The notes under the pieces: generated by a model | What the model saw: only the letters and a program-made list of their open reading frames with translations | Databases searched by the model: none | What the model was told of the DNA's origin: nothing | Shown here: positions 26,633 to 38,000 of the stretch, piece after piece | Position numbering within the stretch: position 1 is the first letter of the stretch | How the letters are laid out: each line of letters begins with the position of its first letter | Program-made: the position numbers and the translations under genes | Assembly: GCA_009103225.1 (NCBI GenBank) | Contig: RHPI01003536.1 | Location: 1-64,000 of the forward strand | Origin: Chlorokybus atmophyticus | Taxonomy: Eukaryota > Plantae > Mesostigma and Chlorokybus algae | Direction of reading: 5' to 3' | Length of the DNA stretch: 64,000 nt

Positions 26633-27292
26633 GTGTCAATTGGATGGCCGGTGCATGTAGCTGGATTGCAGGTGAGGTTTGCACCGGGTGTGAGGGAGCT
26701 TCATATTGAGTTGCCTGGGGGGTTTGGTTTCAGGTTTAGCTTGCATCGTATTCGACAAGGGCTTGCTGGCTTCCCACAGCGTTTGGGAAGTGACCTTTTA
26801 GTGGTGGAGCATGTGGTAGGCAACGTGTCACTTGCGCGCTGGGTGATTGGTACTCAATGTGATGCGAATCCTGGTCGCCGGCGTTTCTGAGTTGAGCAGT
26901 GGCATGACACGGAGTGGTTGCCGTTTGAGGTCTGTCAGTAGAGTCTTCATCCAATGATGGGAGGTGACAATGATTATAATGACAACCCTGGCCTACCTCA
27001 TCCTCTTCCACATATCAAGGGCGGTGGCTGGCATCTCATCGTGCCGGCAGGACCAAGTGTGTACTATGTTTGGGGTCGTAGTTCGGTGGTAGTTTCGTGG
27101 ATGTTAAATCGCTTATTGGCAACACGCTTCACCCTCCACTGGGTGATGTTTGGTTGGCACACTTGTTTACCGGCCGGCCTGCATGCGTGTGTAATGCATT
27201 GGCAGGCAGTGATGGAGCGTGACGGTGCTGTGTATGTGTATACGTGTGGTGTGATGTCATGTCATGTGCATGTGTTCTGCAGGTGCTCATAA
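26633..27292 (+). pseudogene. Decayed coding region of unknown function
   Basis: ORFs 26633-26890 and 26954-27292 share one frame, interrupted only by a TGA and a TAG. Composition is protein-like over the first about 150 codons. Confidence 0.35.
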
Positions 27293-28072
27293 TATGAATG
27301 CTGGTGGATGAGGCCGTGTCTGCAGCCAGCGTCAACCGGGAGCAATGGGAAGCCCTGCTCAGGTTGTTGGAGCACTGCGTAGTCAACATGTTTGTGCCTG
27401 CCTTGTGGGTGCTGAGGTGGTTGCCGCCGGGGGGGGGGGGGNNNNNNNNNNNNNNNNNNNNNNNNNNNNNNNNNNNNNNNNNNNNNNNNNNNNNNNNNNN
27501 NNNNNNNNNNNNNNNNNNNNNNNNNNNNNNNNNNNNNNNNNNNNNNNNNNNNNNNNNNNNNNNNNNNNNNNNNNNNNNNNNNNNNNNNNNNNNNNNNNNN
27601 NNNNNNNNNNNNNNNNNNNNNNNNNNNNNNNNNNNNNNNNNNNNNNNNNNNNNNNNNNNNGGGGGGGGGGGGGGGGGGGGGGGGCAAATCCCATTTGCGC
27701 ATTGCTTAGTTGTTAATATGTTTGCCTTCAAAAGATGCTCCCATGGACAAGGGTTCCTAGTGAATGATGTGTGGGCACTGAGCATAAAATGCGAGCGAAT
27801 GCTATATTGTGTTGGTGTGTCCTGCTGTGCTTTAGCGCACACAGCTTGTGAGCAGCAAAATTGTGATATGTATTAGATCACATGTGGCAGCAAGTTACAA
27901 TGTGCTGCGCATTGCAGATTTTTGTGTTACTGACAACCCCGTTGTGAACGAGGTTGCAGTGGCATAACTGCCTCGTGTACTCAAATACAGACGAGTCCTG
28001 GTGGATGCAATACACTCGTGCAATTACCAGACACGTTTTTTCACCTGTGTGCACAAAGCACTATTGTCACTA

Positions 28073-30080
28073 TCATGACACTGGCTCATTGCTAACTACG
28101 CCCTGTGCAGCCAACAACTGCCTGCCTACATACTTGGAATAAGCCGGTGGTATGCACTCCACGAGCGTGCACTCGTCTTCAATCCAGTCAATACCGAAAG
28201 CCATGCTCCACCCACTCACGCGACCTCTTGATGCTGCTTGCCCATACACAGGATACACATGTTTCCTTACTATTGTGTGCGACTGTGACACACCCACAAT
28301 GCCGGTGTTGCGGTGTCCAGACAGGTCTCCTAGGTGCTTTGCGGCGTGGTCGCAATAAAGGTCAACCGCCAATGACGGGGACGTCTTAAACACTCGATGC
28401 TTGAAGGTGGAGAGATCAAACATGGTCCCACACAACACCAGGTTGTAATTCAGGTGCTGCGGCGTATCAGGGATGTTCTCGATGACAAAATGTTTGCCAC
28501 TCAAAAGCACCCTTGCCCGCAGGTCGTGCAGTAATGTACCATGGTTCTAAGAGCTGGAGTGTTGCCTACGTTGCTGCTCTGGTATGCAGCGTGCCAATGC
28601 CTGGCACGGGGGGATGGCACAAATGACGTCATAATGTGCTAGGTCTGCAAGCATTGCATCCTCCTTGATGAATGGAAAAGGGTACTCGGGTTGGTCCATG
28701 ACGTCAAGTCCTGTGACATCAAAGCCAGGGCGATGTAGTCCCATGCTTGCGCCACCACCACTACAACACAAGTTCAGCACTTTGGGGCGATGTGGTTGTC
28801 TGTCCGGACGTCGCGCACAGTGCGTTACCCGCAGTGGCGTTGAGTGCCTCCACAAGCACGCTGTGGCTAGTCGAGGTTCCACTTTTCGATTGGTTGGCAC
28901 ACGGCTGCCGCCTACGCGTAGGCACATAATGTCTCCACTGTCGCTGTGGACTACCACCACGTTGTGCTTGTCAATCACCATGTGCTGGATGTCTCCATCT
29001 ACAAATCTCACACTGTGCCTGCCTGCAATAGGATGGGACACCATGAGTGCTCTGCTGTGTGTTATAATGCAACCGCCATTAAGTAACACTTCAAGTGGTC
29101 TTACTTAGGCTTTCGTTGTGTGCATAGAACTGCCCCTTGTACCAGCCCTTGTCAGCTGGCCAATACACCATCACTGTGCGACCAAGTAATGCTGCTCCTC
29201 CTGCCATGCATCGTTGACGCAGATTGTCCAGCTGTGTACGTCTACGTGCATCGGTCTACAGTGCACCATGGTTCGTTCAGATAGAAGGTTTGCGCGCTCT
29301 TGTATGCACATGTCAACACGCCAGGTGCACAGCACGTTGCAGGGTGGCACGCGTACCTTGTGCTGGTCGTTGCAAGCACGAATGCTGGCCACGGGCTGCT
29401 GCGCAGCGTCGCCTCGGCCGCATTGAGCGCGTTGAGACTGATTAAACAGCGTGGTTAATGAAGTGCTGCTACGCATGACTGTTTGAGTGAGTACCACACG
29501 GAAGCAAGCTCACCGGCATCAGATGGACCGCCTGACCACTCGTGGTAGTGCTTGGTCGTGCATAATGCATGTAGCATGGGGGCACCATGCCACTCGAATG
29601 GCACATTGGCATTCGGAGCAAGTGCACTAGTGTTTGTAAACTCTAGCACTGTGCACTTGTGCTTTGCTCGGCAATCGATGATGTGAAGCCCGGCAGCTTG
29701 ATGATGCCAGCATGCAGCGGTAAAGGCATAAAGGTCACAACACTTCGCGCATTCACCTTGATGCCTGGTCATGCTGGAGCGCTGTCCGTTGGTGACAGTG
29801 TATGCATGGCATACTGAGCAAACCAGAGCCTCTTTGGCAGTATGCGCAGCCGTCATCCCTCCTGCAGGTTGACACCATTAATAAGATAAAATGTCGGCAG
29901 TGTTGCAAACCCTAATTTCTAGAGATCAACCCTAACAATCGCGCGAGCTATTCTGCATTATGTGCGCAACTCACTGGTGTATCAGCGCTGCAGGCCCCGC
30001 GACGGCACCAACGGCGGCGGCGGCGGTGGTGGCGGAGCAGTCGTGGGCGTCAGCGATTTGGGAGGCGGTGGGGTTAATAG
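28073..30080 (-). pseudogene. Spliced gene: BED-like Zn finger + Tudor domain + phage/bacterial-type C5 cytosine DNA methyltransferase, with in-frame stops
   Basis: DNMT motifs: I (VLNLCCSGGGASMG), GFDVTGLD..DQPEYPFPF, IV (PPCQ), VI (FVIENIP), LCGTMFDL, VIII (KHRVF), GIDW, X (ECIPPAYSKYVGRQLL). Tudor LLGRTVMVYWPADKGWYKGQFYAHNESL|SRHSVRFVDGDIQHMVID is joined in phase across an 82-bp GT-AG intron (29104-29023). CSVCH...SSMTRH is BED-like. Confidence 0.85.
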
Positions 30081-30271
30081 CTGTCGGAGTTGAGAGCGTG
30101 GTCTCAGGTAACAACAGCATTAGTCTCAAGGAGGCTAGGAAACACGCAGTGGGTGATGAGGCGCTGATCACTGCATGTTGTGGGATGAGGCACAGATGGT
30201 CAGATGTCGCACATGTCCATGTTTGTCAAGTCCTCCACCTCACTGCCGGAGTTGTTGAAATCGGTCAATGA

Positions 30272-33200
30272 TCAACCTTCAACCTGTTCTCTTGCATCTT
30301 GAGGTTGGTTTGCATGGATTGACCCTGGGGATGTCGCTGTTGGTTGTTGTGTACTGTACCCAGCCTCCGCAAAACTGTGAGCACCATGGTGTTCGCAACC
30401 GATTCATGAACAGCTCCTGGTGCACTGCTTGCCTGCTTTTTTGCACTTGCATCTTCTGGTGTTGCACCTCCTCGATTTGTTGCCGCAGCCATGCATAAGA
30501 AGGTCACGCCTAGAGATGGCTGCCTCCATATTCTCCGGTGGATCCTGCACCGCATACCAAACACCATGTACCTTATGGTAGCCATACTCATGAAGTGCAG
30601 GCAAACGCATGTCCTGGTTGCAGCTTTGCATCCACATGTTGACAGCGTGGATGGTGCGCAAGCACTCCAGCCATAGTGCATCGATCATGGGAATGGTATT
30701 ACGTGGGGTTGCTGTTTGTTTTATTTCACACTGTCTTGTGAATGGCCTCCAGCCACTCTGCCAAATATTGCTTGTCGTGTTGAAGGTATTACATGGGTGA
30801 TGCTTGTATCCGGTCAGCTTGCCCTTCATACAGGAGTCGAGGGTCGAAGGCACTAGGAAGAAGCGCGTGGGCTCCAGACTTAGCAAGACGGTCGAGTCAT
30901 GACGGACTCCGGACCAGGCTGCTTGGTAGAGCCTTGGGAGAAATCGCGTAGCTTCGTGGATACGTAAGCTTAGCAGGCGTGGCTTAGCTTGTTGGAAAGC
31001 TCTGGTTGTGAGCTAGACAGCATAGCTTACATAACAGCAATCGGCTGAGTATAGCGCACGCGGTGCTTGCCAATGTAGACGTGTGTAGAGACTGGCGGGG
31101 TATAAAGCCCAGACTTGTTGCAATGAAGATTAGAGGTCACGATGTAGCATGTGTGCGGATGCTATGACGGCAGTAGCAGTCATGCTCTTGTGTTGATGTT
31201 GTTGGCGTGTCACTTGCACGTGTGTATGTCAACATGTCGCTGGTGGTGGCTGCAGGGCCATGGAGTTCAAAGAACAAAGACACTGGCGTACCACTGCCAC
31301 AAATGAAGACCTGTACTTCTCAAAGTGAGCACATCCTATGAGCCTTAGCATAAGAAAGCTCATCTCATGCTCCTCGTTTGTGACGTTGCCCATGATAAAA
31401 GCAGCATGTTGCGTAAGCACGTTGCGCCAGAAAAACTGTTTTGATATGCTTCAATGAAAGACATGTAGTTGCATCCAGTTGCAGCATACACCAACAACAT
31501 CAACCGTCCTCGCTTTCCTTCAGCAATGCTGTTGATCCGCATGCTTCGTACATGCTGTTGCAGTCCAGTCAAGCTGATGAACGGAGGGCGTGCACCAGCC
31601 TTGGAATGTTGTGCCACCTGCACTGTCACATCCTTGAATGACATGTCCAATGTCTCGCTGACTGCCAGGCCGATCATAGTGACATCCGTGTCCGGTGAGA
31701 AGATCAAAACCTTGTTGTATGGCGCGGGGCTGCTTCCCCATGATTGCATGCGTAGTCATCAATAAACCAGAAAGACAAGTCGTTGTTGTCGCTGCGCGAC
31801 ACGACGCACACCTGGTCCCCCACATGCTCCAAGTCTGACCCCCCCGACAGCACCACCTCCTGATCCGGTCTTAGGTGCGGAGCCACCACCATGGGTAAGT
31901 GCTCCGTTATCAGCTCGCAACAATTGGCTTGAGATTGCGATCCTTGAGTACATGACGCCATGACTTGGGCAGTTCAGTGTCCCGGTTGAGGCATCTGCCA
32001 GAGGATGCCTCCGCTCCGTCATGCGTATGTTGCAACGAGGGCTTGACACCATACTAGTATCTGGGCGTGTCAAAGACCACGGGTATAGAGCGCACGGTTG
32101 GGTTCGCCAGCATGCTGAGGATACTTGTTCGCATCGGAATGTGCTATGTAATCTTTGATGCTGCCTTGCGGCAATGGGCAGTCTTGATTGATGAGAAACA
32201 TCCCCTCCAGCACGGTGCGTTCAACACCAGCATGTGAATTATGTGACAAGCACGGCGTGTCAAGTGGAGCAACCTCCATCAGGAACTTCGCCTTGTCGTC
32301 GGACCTCATCTTTCCCGTCAACTCGTCGAACAGGGCTTAAGGGTGTTTGCAATACCTAGCAGTCACAATCTCGCCTGCAGCTCTAATGGATGCCAATCGT
32401 TTGGCGACAAGCATCTATTAACGGTATTGTTTGAGTACTGTGGCCTATTTGGAAGTGCGCTTCTTGGCAGGCGCCATGTTGTTAAGATTGATGCGTCTAC
32501 TCGCTTTGCAGGCCTGCTCCTCATGGCAGATGTTAACCTTCCCAAAACTAATTATGGCCTCAACTCCCACCAGGTATTGGTTAGCAAAATCAGCTGATGC
32601 AGCTGGAGATGCTGGCACCGTGTGGTGAGGTGCGTGAGATATGGCAGAGGTGGACGCGCCATGCTTCGCTGCTTTGTAAAACATGCAACATGTTCCCGAT
32701 GTCGCTACCACAGCGCGACGCATCTTGTTTAAGAGTGCGCACCACCATGTTGTTGTCATCGTTAGCATCAGCATCCATGTCAGTGCAGGTGGGTGCCATC
32801 TTAAGCAGAAGTTGACGACCTAGTTGTTTCTATGTTTGGCTGCGTTCCTTAAGATACTGCGATCTCTCAACCAACCGTGGTGTTGTGGGGCTACACAGGG
32901 ACATCTTCATGTCCCTGTTGACCTGACATTCGTGCGCCTCGTCCAGGGCCACCAATCTGCTTGGCGTCCCAGTCAGGCTTAGAGCAAAGCCACTGGCAGA
33001 CAGCATATCAAGCACCGACTGTGGCATCATCTGCAGGTCCGCAAGGTGTAGAGACATCACGCGCTGGTAGTTGTATCTGTCCCAAGCGAAAGACAGCGGG
33101 CTGAGACCCTTCCAACTGGCAAGATGCAGGTGCCAAATTTTCTGCCTTGCAGCGCAAAACAGTGCAAGGTAATCCAGCATGGAGATCCAACATGGAGATC

Positions 33201-33330
33201 CACCACAACTGCCATGTTGCATCTCCTCTGGCCTCTCTCGCAGAACAGCTCGAAGATGATTGCTTGGTGGCATTAACTCCATTGGTACGCGCGTCCTCCT
33301 CACACTGCCTGGCGCAAAACGCACAATAAT
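30272..33330 (-). mobile_element. Academ(X)-type transposase, C-terminal half (end of DDE domain, XPG/PIN-like nuclease, Cys8 finger), pseudogenised
   Basis: YLALFCAARQKIWHLHL...FAWDRYNYQR...ALDEAHECQVNRDMK; LEGMFLI; VVFD...TERR; NHGEA; FSPDTDV; ATGCNY; IPMIDALWLECLR...MW...EYGY; GCG...C.TRRCKCKKAGKQCTRSCS*IGCE. Confidence 0.8.
30778..31234 (+). mobile_element. Solo LTR (457 bp) inserted in the Academ XPG region
   Basis: Termini TGTTGA...TCAACA. Perfect 5-bp TSD TGTCG at 30773-30777 and 31235-31239. GGGTATAAAG near 31100. Excision rejoins ORFs 31229-31420 and 30404-30886 in frame. Confidence 0.9.
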
Positions 33331-33399
33331 AGAAGCAAGTACCATTCGTTGGCGCATTGAAGTGGTCCCACGAGGCGAGCTGGCCACCTAGCATGACTG

Positions 33400-35108
33400 A
33401 TGGCCGTATGCGGGTTGCGGCCAGCTCCTCTGATGACTCGCTGGCAGGTGGTGACACCTGCTGCATGCGCATACAGCACTCAAATGGTGTGTCCAACTGT
33501 GGACGGCAAGAGTCACAGTGAGTTTGGGGCAGACTGCCGGCTTCGACTTGCAGCGGGTGGGGTAAGGTAGGTGCAGAAGCCACATCCGTTGTTGCATTGT
33601 GCTGTGGTCTCGCCGGTTGCGGCAAGAAGGATTGTTGCCCTGCAATTACCGGTGCTGCTCGTGGAGGGAATGGCAGTGCATGAAGGACTGGTGTCGCGGA
33701 AGGTGGTTGCGCTCTGGCTGCGAGGGGAGCAGGAGCGGCAAGTAAGACCACTTGTGCATGCAGCAAGGGGGGCTGTATATAGGACCCATGATAAGATGGC
33801 TCACAATATTGCAAAGGACGAATGTAAGCTTATGCAGTGCCTGCCGCATTGTTACCAAGGCACAAGCATGAAAGACAGCGACTTACCTCAATGGCCCGTG
33901 GGCTGCATGGAGCATGGGACTCCCTTCGGAAGCCATGGGGGCTGACAAGGTGGTATTGGGTGCACTCTCCCCGCCACCCTCGATCGCAAACTCGTCACGG
34001 AGCTCGTGAGCCATGGGCACACCATGCGCCACTGCCCCAATGGACATGTCGGAATTCAACAGGCCAACATGCATATTAAACTAATGCCGCATTGCCGCCG
34101 CGCCCATCAGCAAGTGGGATTGAAGGACCAGTTGATGGGATTAACTCCAGGCTTGCATAAGAGCTCCAACAAGACCTAGTGCACTGTGGTGCTGTCAACC
34201 AATCACATGTGGGTTAGCTGCATGCTTGCGACACTGCAATTGCAATAGTCAATTGCGTCACACCGTCATCAGTTGATTGCTTTGAACAGTCACCTGCGTC
34301 ATTGCTGATTGATGCACGAATGATTGCATGGACTGCGTTATTGCTGGTTGATGCACTACTGGTTAAATGCCGGACAAATGGCCACGCGCTCCTGTGCTCA
34401 AACCCAGCCTACTTCGTTCGGCACGCGCGCGCGACTTCGCACGCTCACGCACATCCTAACATGCAAAGGTAGGCATGCATTGGAGGTGCATGCAGTCAAC
34501 ATGCACAGCGAGATAAGCAACAACATACCGCCGCCCAGCTCGATCTATCTGCTCTGGCTTCCGCAATGTCGGCTTGACTGTAGGGTGGGTATGGGTGAAT
34601 GGTGGAGGCCTGCAGCCACGCTACATGTATCACATAGACTGCGCTAAAAAACAAATTGCTCTTGCAAGGAAATGCATGTGACTGTTGAGCGTACCTCTGC
34701 ATTCCTTTATGCTTGTTCCCACAGTCGCAATTGGTCCCGCATGGTTCTAACAAGGGGCTCCAAGGACTGCAGCTCCTGATCCACTCCTTGTTGCAGAAAT
34801 CGAGCCACCAAGCAGCTCTCTGTGTGAAGATGGTCTCTAATGGCTTGCCTGCGGGTTTCTCCAATGTTGGTGATGCATGTTGGACAACCCCATTGCTAAC
34901 GCCTGCCATCATCCATGACGTGGCGCCCGGTAGTTGCTGGATTCGCTGCTTGAACTTTTACGACCACAACTTCTCGAAAGATGTGCCACGCCGCCGCCGC
35001 CGCCTCCTCCGCCTCCTGGTCCTCCGCCTCCTAGTTGAACCCAGGTCTACTATGCCTGACATTCGACCCGTCATTGACCTGGTGCCCCTGCGTGTCATCA
35101 TCCGGCCA
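33400..35108 (-). pseudogene. Multi-exon decayed gene of unknown function
   Basis: Several GT-AG-bounded coding-like blocks (e.g. ORFs 34496-34912, 33883-34074 and the Pro-rich part of 33008-33814). Stops present. No family recognised. Confidence 0.35.
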
Positions 35109-35432
35109 TGAATGAAACGTGTTTGGGTGAGTGCACTCTAACTCCCATTAGGGCTGATCGAGCAATGCCTCTGTCGTACCATAAATGTTACGATACAATC
35201 AATGTCAATGGTTGTACAAAGCATGGATGGCACGAATGCATAAGTTGTACCATATATCATAGGAGCAAAGACGCACTACAAGTGTGACTCCGGTGCGGGA
35301 CACTAGACGTTTAAAACCGCCTCATTTTCGATTTCGCGCCTCGTACATTCGGGTGGGCCAACCGGCGGCAGCGGCGGAGGCGGCAGCGCCACTATCAGCT
35401 AAACATGCGGCACCCAACTATTAGTTAGAGAG

Positions 35433-37285
35433 ATGCCTCGTGATCCATCCGTAGGTGCACCTCGTCGTGGAGGTCGGCGCCAGCTGTCCACATTGCCCCC
35501 AGTGTTCAACCAGGCAACCATCACCAACCAATCGCAGCAAGACCCCGCGCTAACGCGTAGTACATCACAACAACTCCACCTGGCACCGCAGCTGCAAAGG
35601 CAAGCTGGACTGCATGCGTTCTTGATGCACTGTGCACATTGCTTGCTCAACTTCTAACTTGGATGCTTGCTTCTTTCATGACTGGCACAGTGACTCACTG
35701 CATGCGTTCTGGATACACTGTGCACGTTTGTTCTTCTTTTTCAACTGTGAGGGTTGCATCTTTCATGGCTGGCAGCATGACTTATGTGGTTGTGCTTGCA
35801 GAGGGTCGATTGGAACCCCCAACCCAAACGCATTTAGCCGTGATGTGGCAACCTCGACCGTCAGCAACCCTTCCCCAAGCAAGTGGAAGATTGGCAACGA
35901 GGTAGGCACTGTGTGACACTGTGACACTGTGTGTATGTGTGTATGTGTGTAACGGATTGTTGATTTGTGAAAAGCATCCGCGAGATGCCGTCGTGGAAAT
36001 CATAAACGGCCACTAGGTAGAGAGCCACGTCTATCTCAAGAGGACACTATTCATAATGTCATGTGTCAGGTGATGTGAATGCTTCATGACCTCACTGCAC
36101 CGTGACACAAACTCACCTGCCCGTGACAGGTAGGTGGCTTCGACCATGATGACGAGGCCGATGCGGCCAAGTTCTATGTGGTGTATTGGACGCCTAAAGA
36201 GTGCCCCTCCCATTGGAGTGTCGCCTTGAAGAAAGCTACGCAGGTCCGGATTAAGAACGTCAAGCATGTCCGTGAGAAGGAGTACAAGTGGACACTGTTT
36301 AACAGCAACAAGCGCAAGTGAGTTGAGTCCCTCACCACCATGTCTGCAATGCAACATTGCCTTCTTACTCAGCCTCCATACACACGTACGCATCTCGCCT
36401 ATTGTAACCGATACAATCAGGCACACGGACGCCCTAATGGACCCCGAGACCCAAAAAGCCCAGATGCGCACCGCGCTCCAGTGTAAGTCACAGGCACTAT
36501 TTGAGCCTGGTGCAGGCTCAAATTAAACTATCTATATCGTTACAAATGCCTTGTTGGTATGACTATCGCAGACAAGTTATGGCGGAGATTTGAGGTGACC
36601 GACAATGCAGACCCGGAGCGGAGGAGATACATCCATAAATGGGGCAATCCCATAATCTGGCAAATGATCGTGTAATGCTAGTCTTACGCCGTCACTACAC
36701 AATAACTCGCCGGCAGCTGACAGTCAACCACCTCGCATACCTGTTGCTTACGGTGAGCACTCTGAACTCAATCATTGGCAATTCAAGAATGCTGTAGCCT
36801 TAAACTACAAGCTTGCAGACGCGCTGCAGTGAATAGTGGCTTTTAAGACATGCTACTAAGACATGCCTGTAAACTACGCAGGTGGAGCGCATCCTAAAGG
36901 GCAAAGATGGAGACCCTCTCCTAGCTGCCAGCATCGACACACATGAAGAGTACCTCAGCGAAATCAACACCATGATCATGTTAATGCAGCGGAGATGAGG
37001 CAACGGTATGCAGCCCTCCAGCCATTCACCCTGGTGAAACGCCGCACTGCATCTTGTGTCGAATACCTGAAAGATCCCAATCAGCGCCGGCCGCAAGAGA
37101 CAGCAGCTCGTGACCTGCTCGTTGAGGCAGAAGCGGCATTAGATTGGCACAACCGTTTGAGGAGGACGAGCAAGCTCCGGCGTCTCCTCCACAGGCCCCA
37201 GCGCGTGGTGCTTTATTCCATGATGACGAGCAAAGCGATGATGGAGAGGAGCTGTAGCGCAGTTGGTAGTCCGTTTAGCTGGTAG
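35433..37285 (+). pseudogene. Multi-exon gene of unknown function, divergent from the preceding one, with at least one frameshift
   Basis: Exon-like blocks between GT-AG introns: MPRDPSVG..., GGFDHDDEADAAKFYVVYWTPKECPSHW..., VRISPIVTDTIRH..., DKLWRRFEVTDNADPERRRY..., VERILKGKDGDP..., MRQRYAALQPF... Confidence 0.45.
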
Positions 37286-37636
37286 TGTACATAGCTGCAA
37301 GGCTCTTGTGACTGAGTGTTGTGCACCCTAAACCAGCTCGGTCAATCATCATTATGCTCATGCATGTCAATACTTGCATCCCTAAGATATACAACAGAAT
37401 TGCAGGCATTCGAGTCACATAATCAAATTACAAGCCTTGGCAAGTGACTGACTGAGAGACACTGTACTCATTTTAGGTACTTGTACACAGCACATGCACA
37501 TCACGATACTAGCAGTTAATGACAGTCGTGTGTAGTCATGCTATGCAAATACATATAGCGACAGTTAGGCATCAGTCACCTTCAGTTGCTTAAAGAATGC
37601 CTTAATTTATTAATAATTACCTAATTGGTGCTTGTG

Positions 37637-38000
37637 AATTAGGCTTAGTCGCCTGCACTGGTCGAGTGTGTAACCTGCAGGAGCCTGTCACATAGGTTGA
37701 GTCACCTAAGCAAGACTAATGTGTAATTTGCAAGTGCCTGCTAATAGGTGTAGTTACCTGTTAAGGCCTAATGTGTAACTTACAGGTGCCCGTTGATTAG
37801 TTTTAGTCACCTAGTAAGGCCTGATAAGTAACTAACAGGTGCCTGTTAATTAAGTGTAGTCACCTGTTAAGGCCTGATGTGTAACTGACAGGTGGCTGTT
37901 AATTAGGCATAGTCACCTGCTAAGGCCTGATAGGTAACTAACAGGCGCCTGTTAATCAGGCATAGTCAGCTGTTAAAGACTGAATTGTAACGGAACGGGC
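37637..38000. repeat. Minisatellite, about 7 degenerate units of about 53 bp
   Basis: Consensus approx. aattaggcatagtcacctgttaaggcctgatgtgtaactaacaggtgcctgtt. Each unit contains an inverted CACCTG...CAGGTG pair. Confidence 0.85.

Noticed and set aside
27283-27361. VLII*MLVDEA as a helicase Walker B motif (which would suggest AcademH or Pif1)
   Set aside because: It is a single short motif with no Walker A or other helicase motifs nearby.
915-27684. Poly-G/C tracts beside nearly every gap as functional G-quadruplex sites
   Set aside because: The association with gaps is expected from sequencing dropout at homopolymers, and true tract lengths are unknown.
29907-29937. AACCCTAA x2 (and GGGTTAGGGTTA near 51131) as interstitial telomeres or telo-boxes
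   Set aside because: Only 1-2 units. The 29.9-kb pair lies inside a predicted intron, and chance occurrence cannot be excluded.
37637-38000. CRISPR-like appearance of the 53-bp array
   Set aside because: The units are contiguous degenerate repeats with no unique spacers, there are no cas genes, and the context is eukaryotic.
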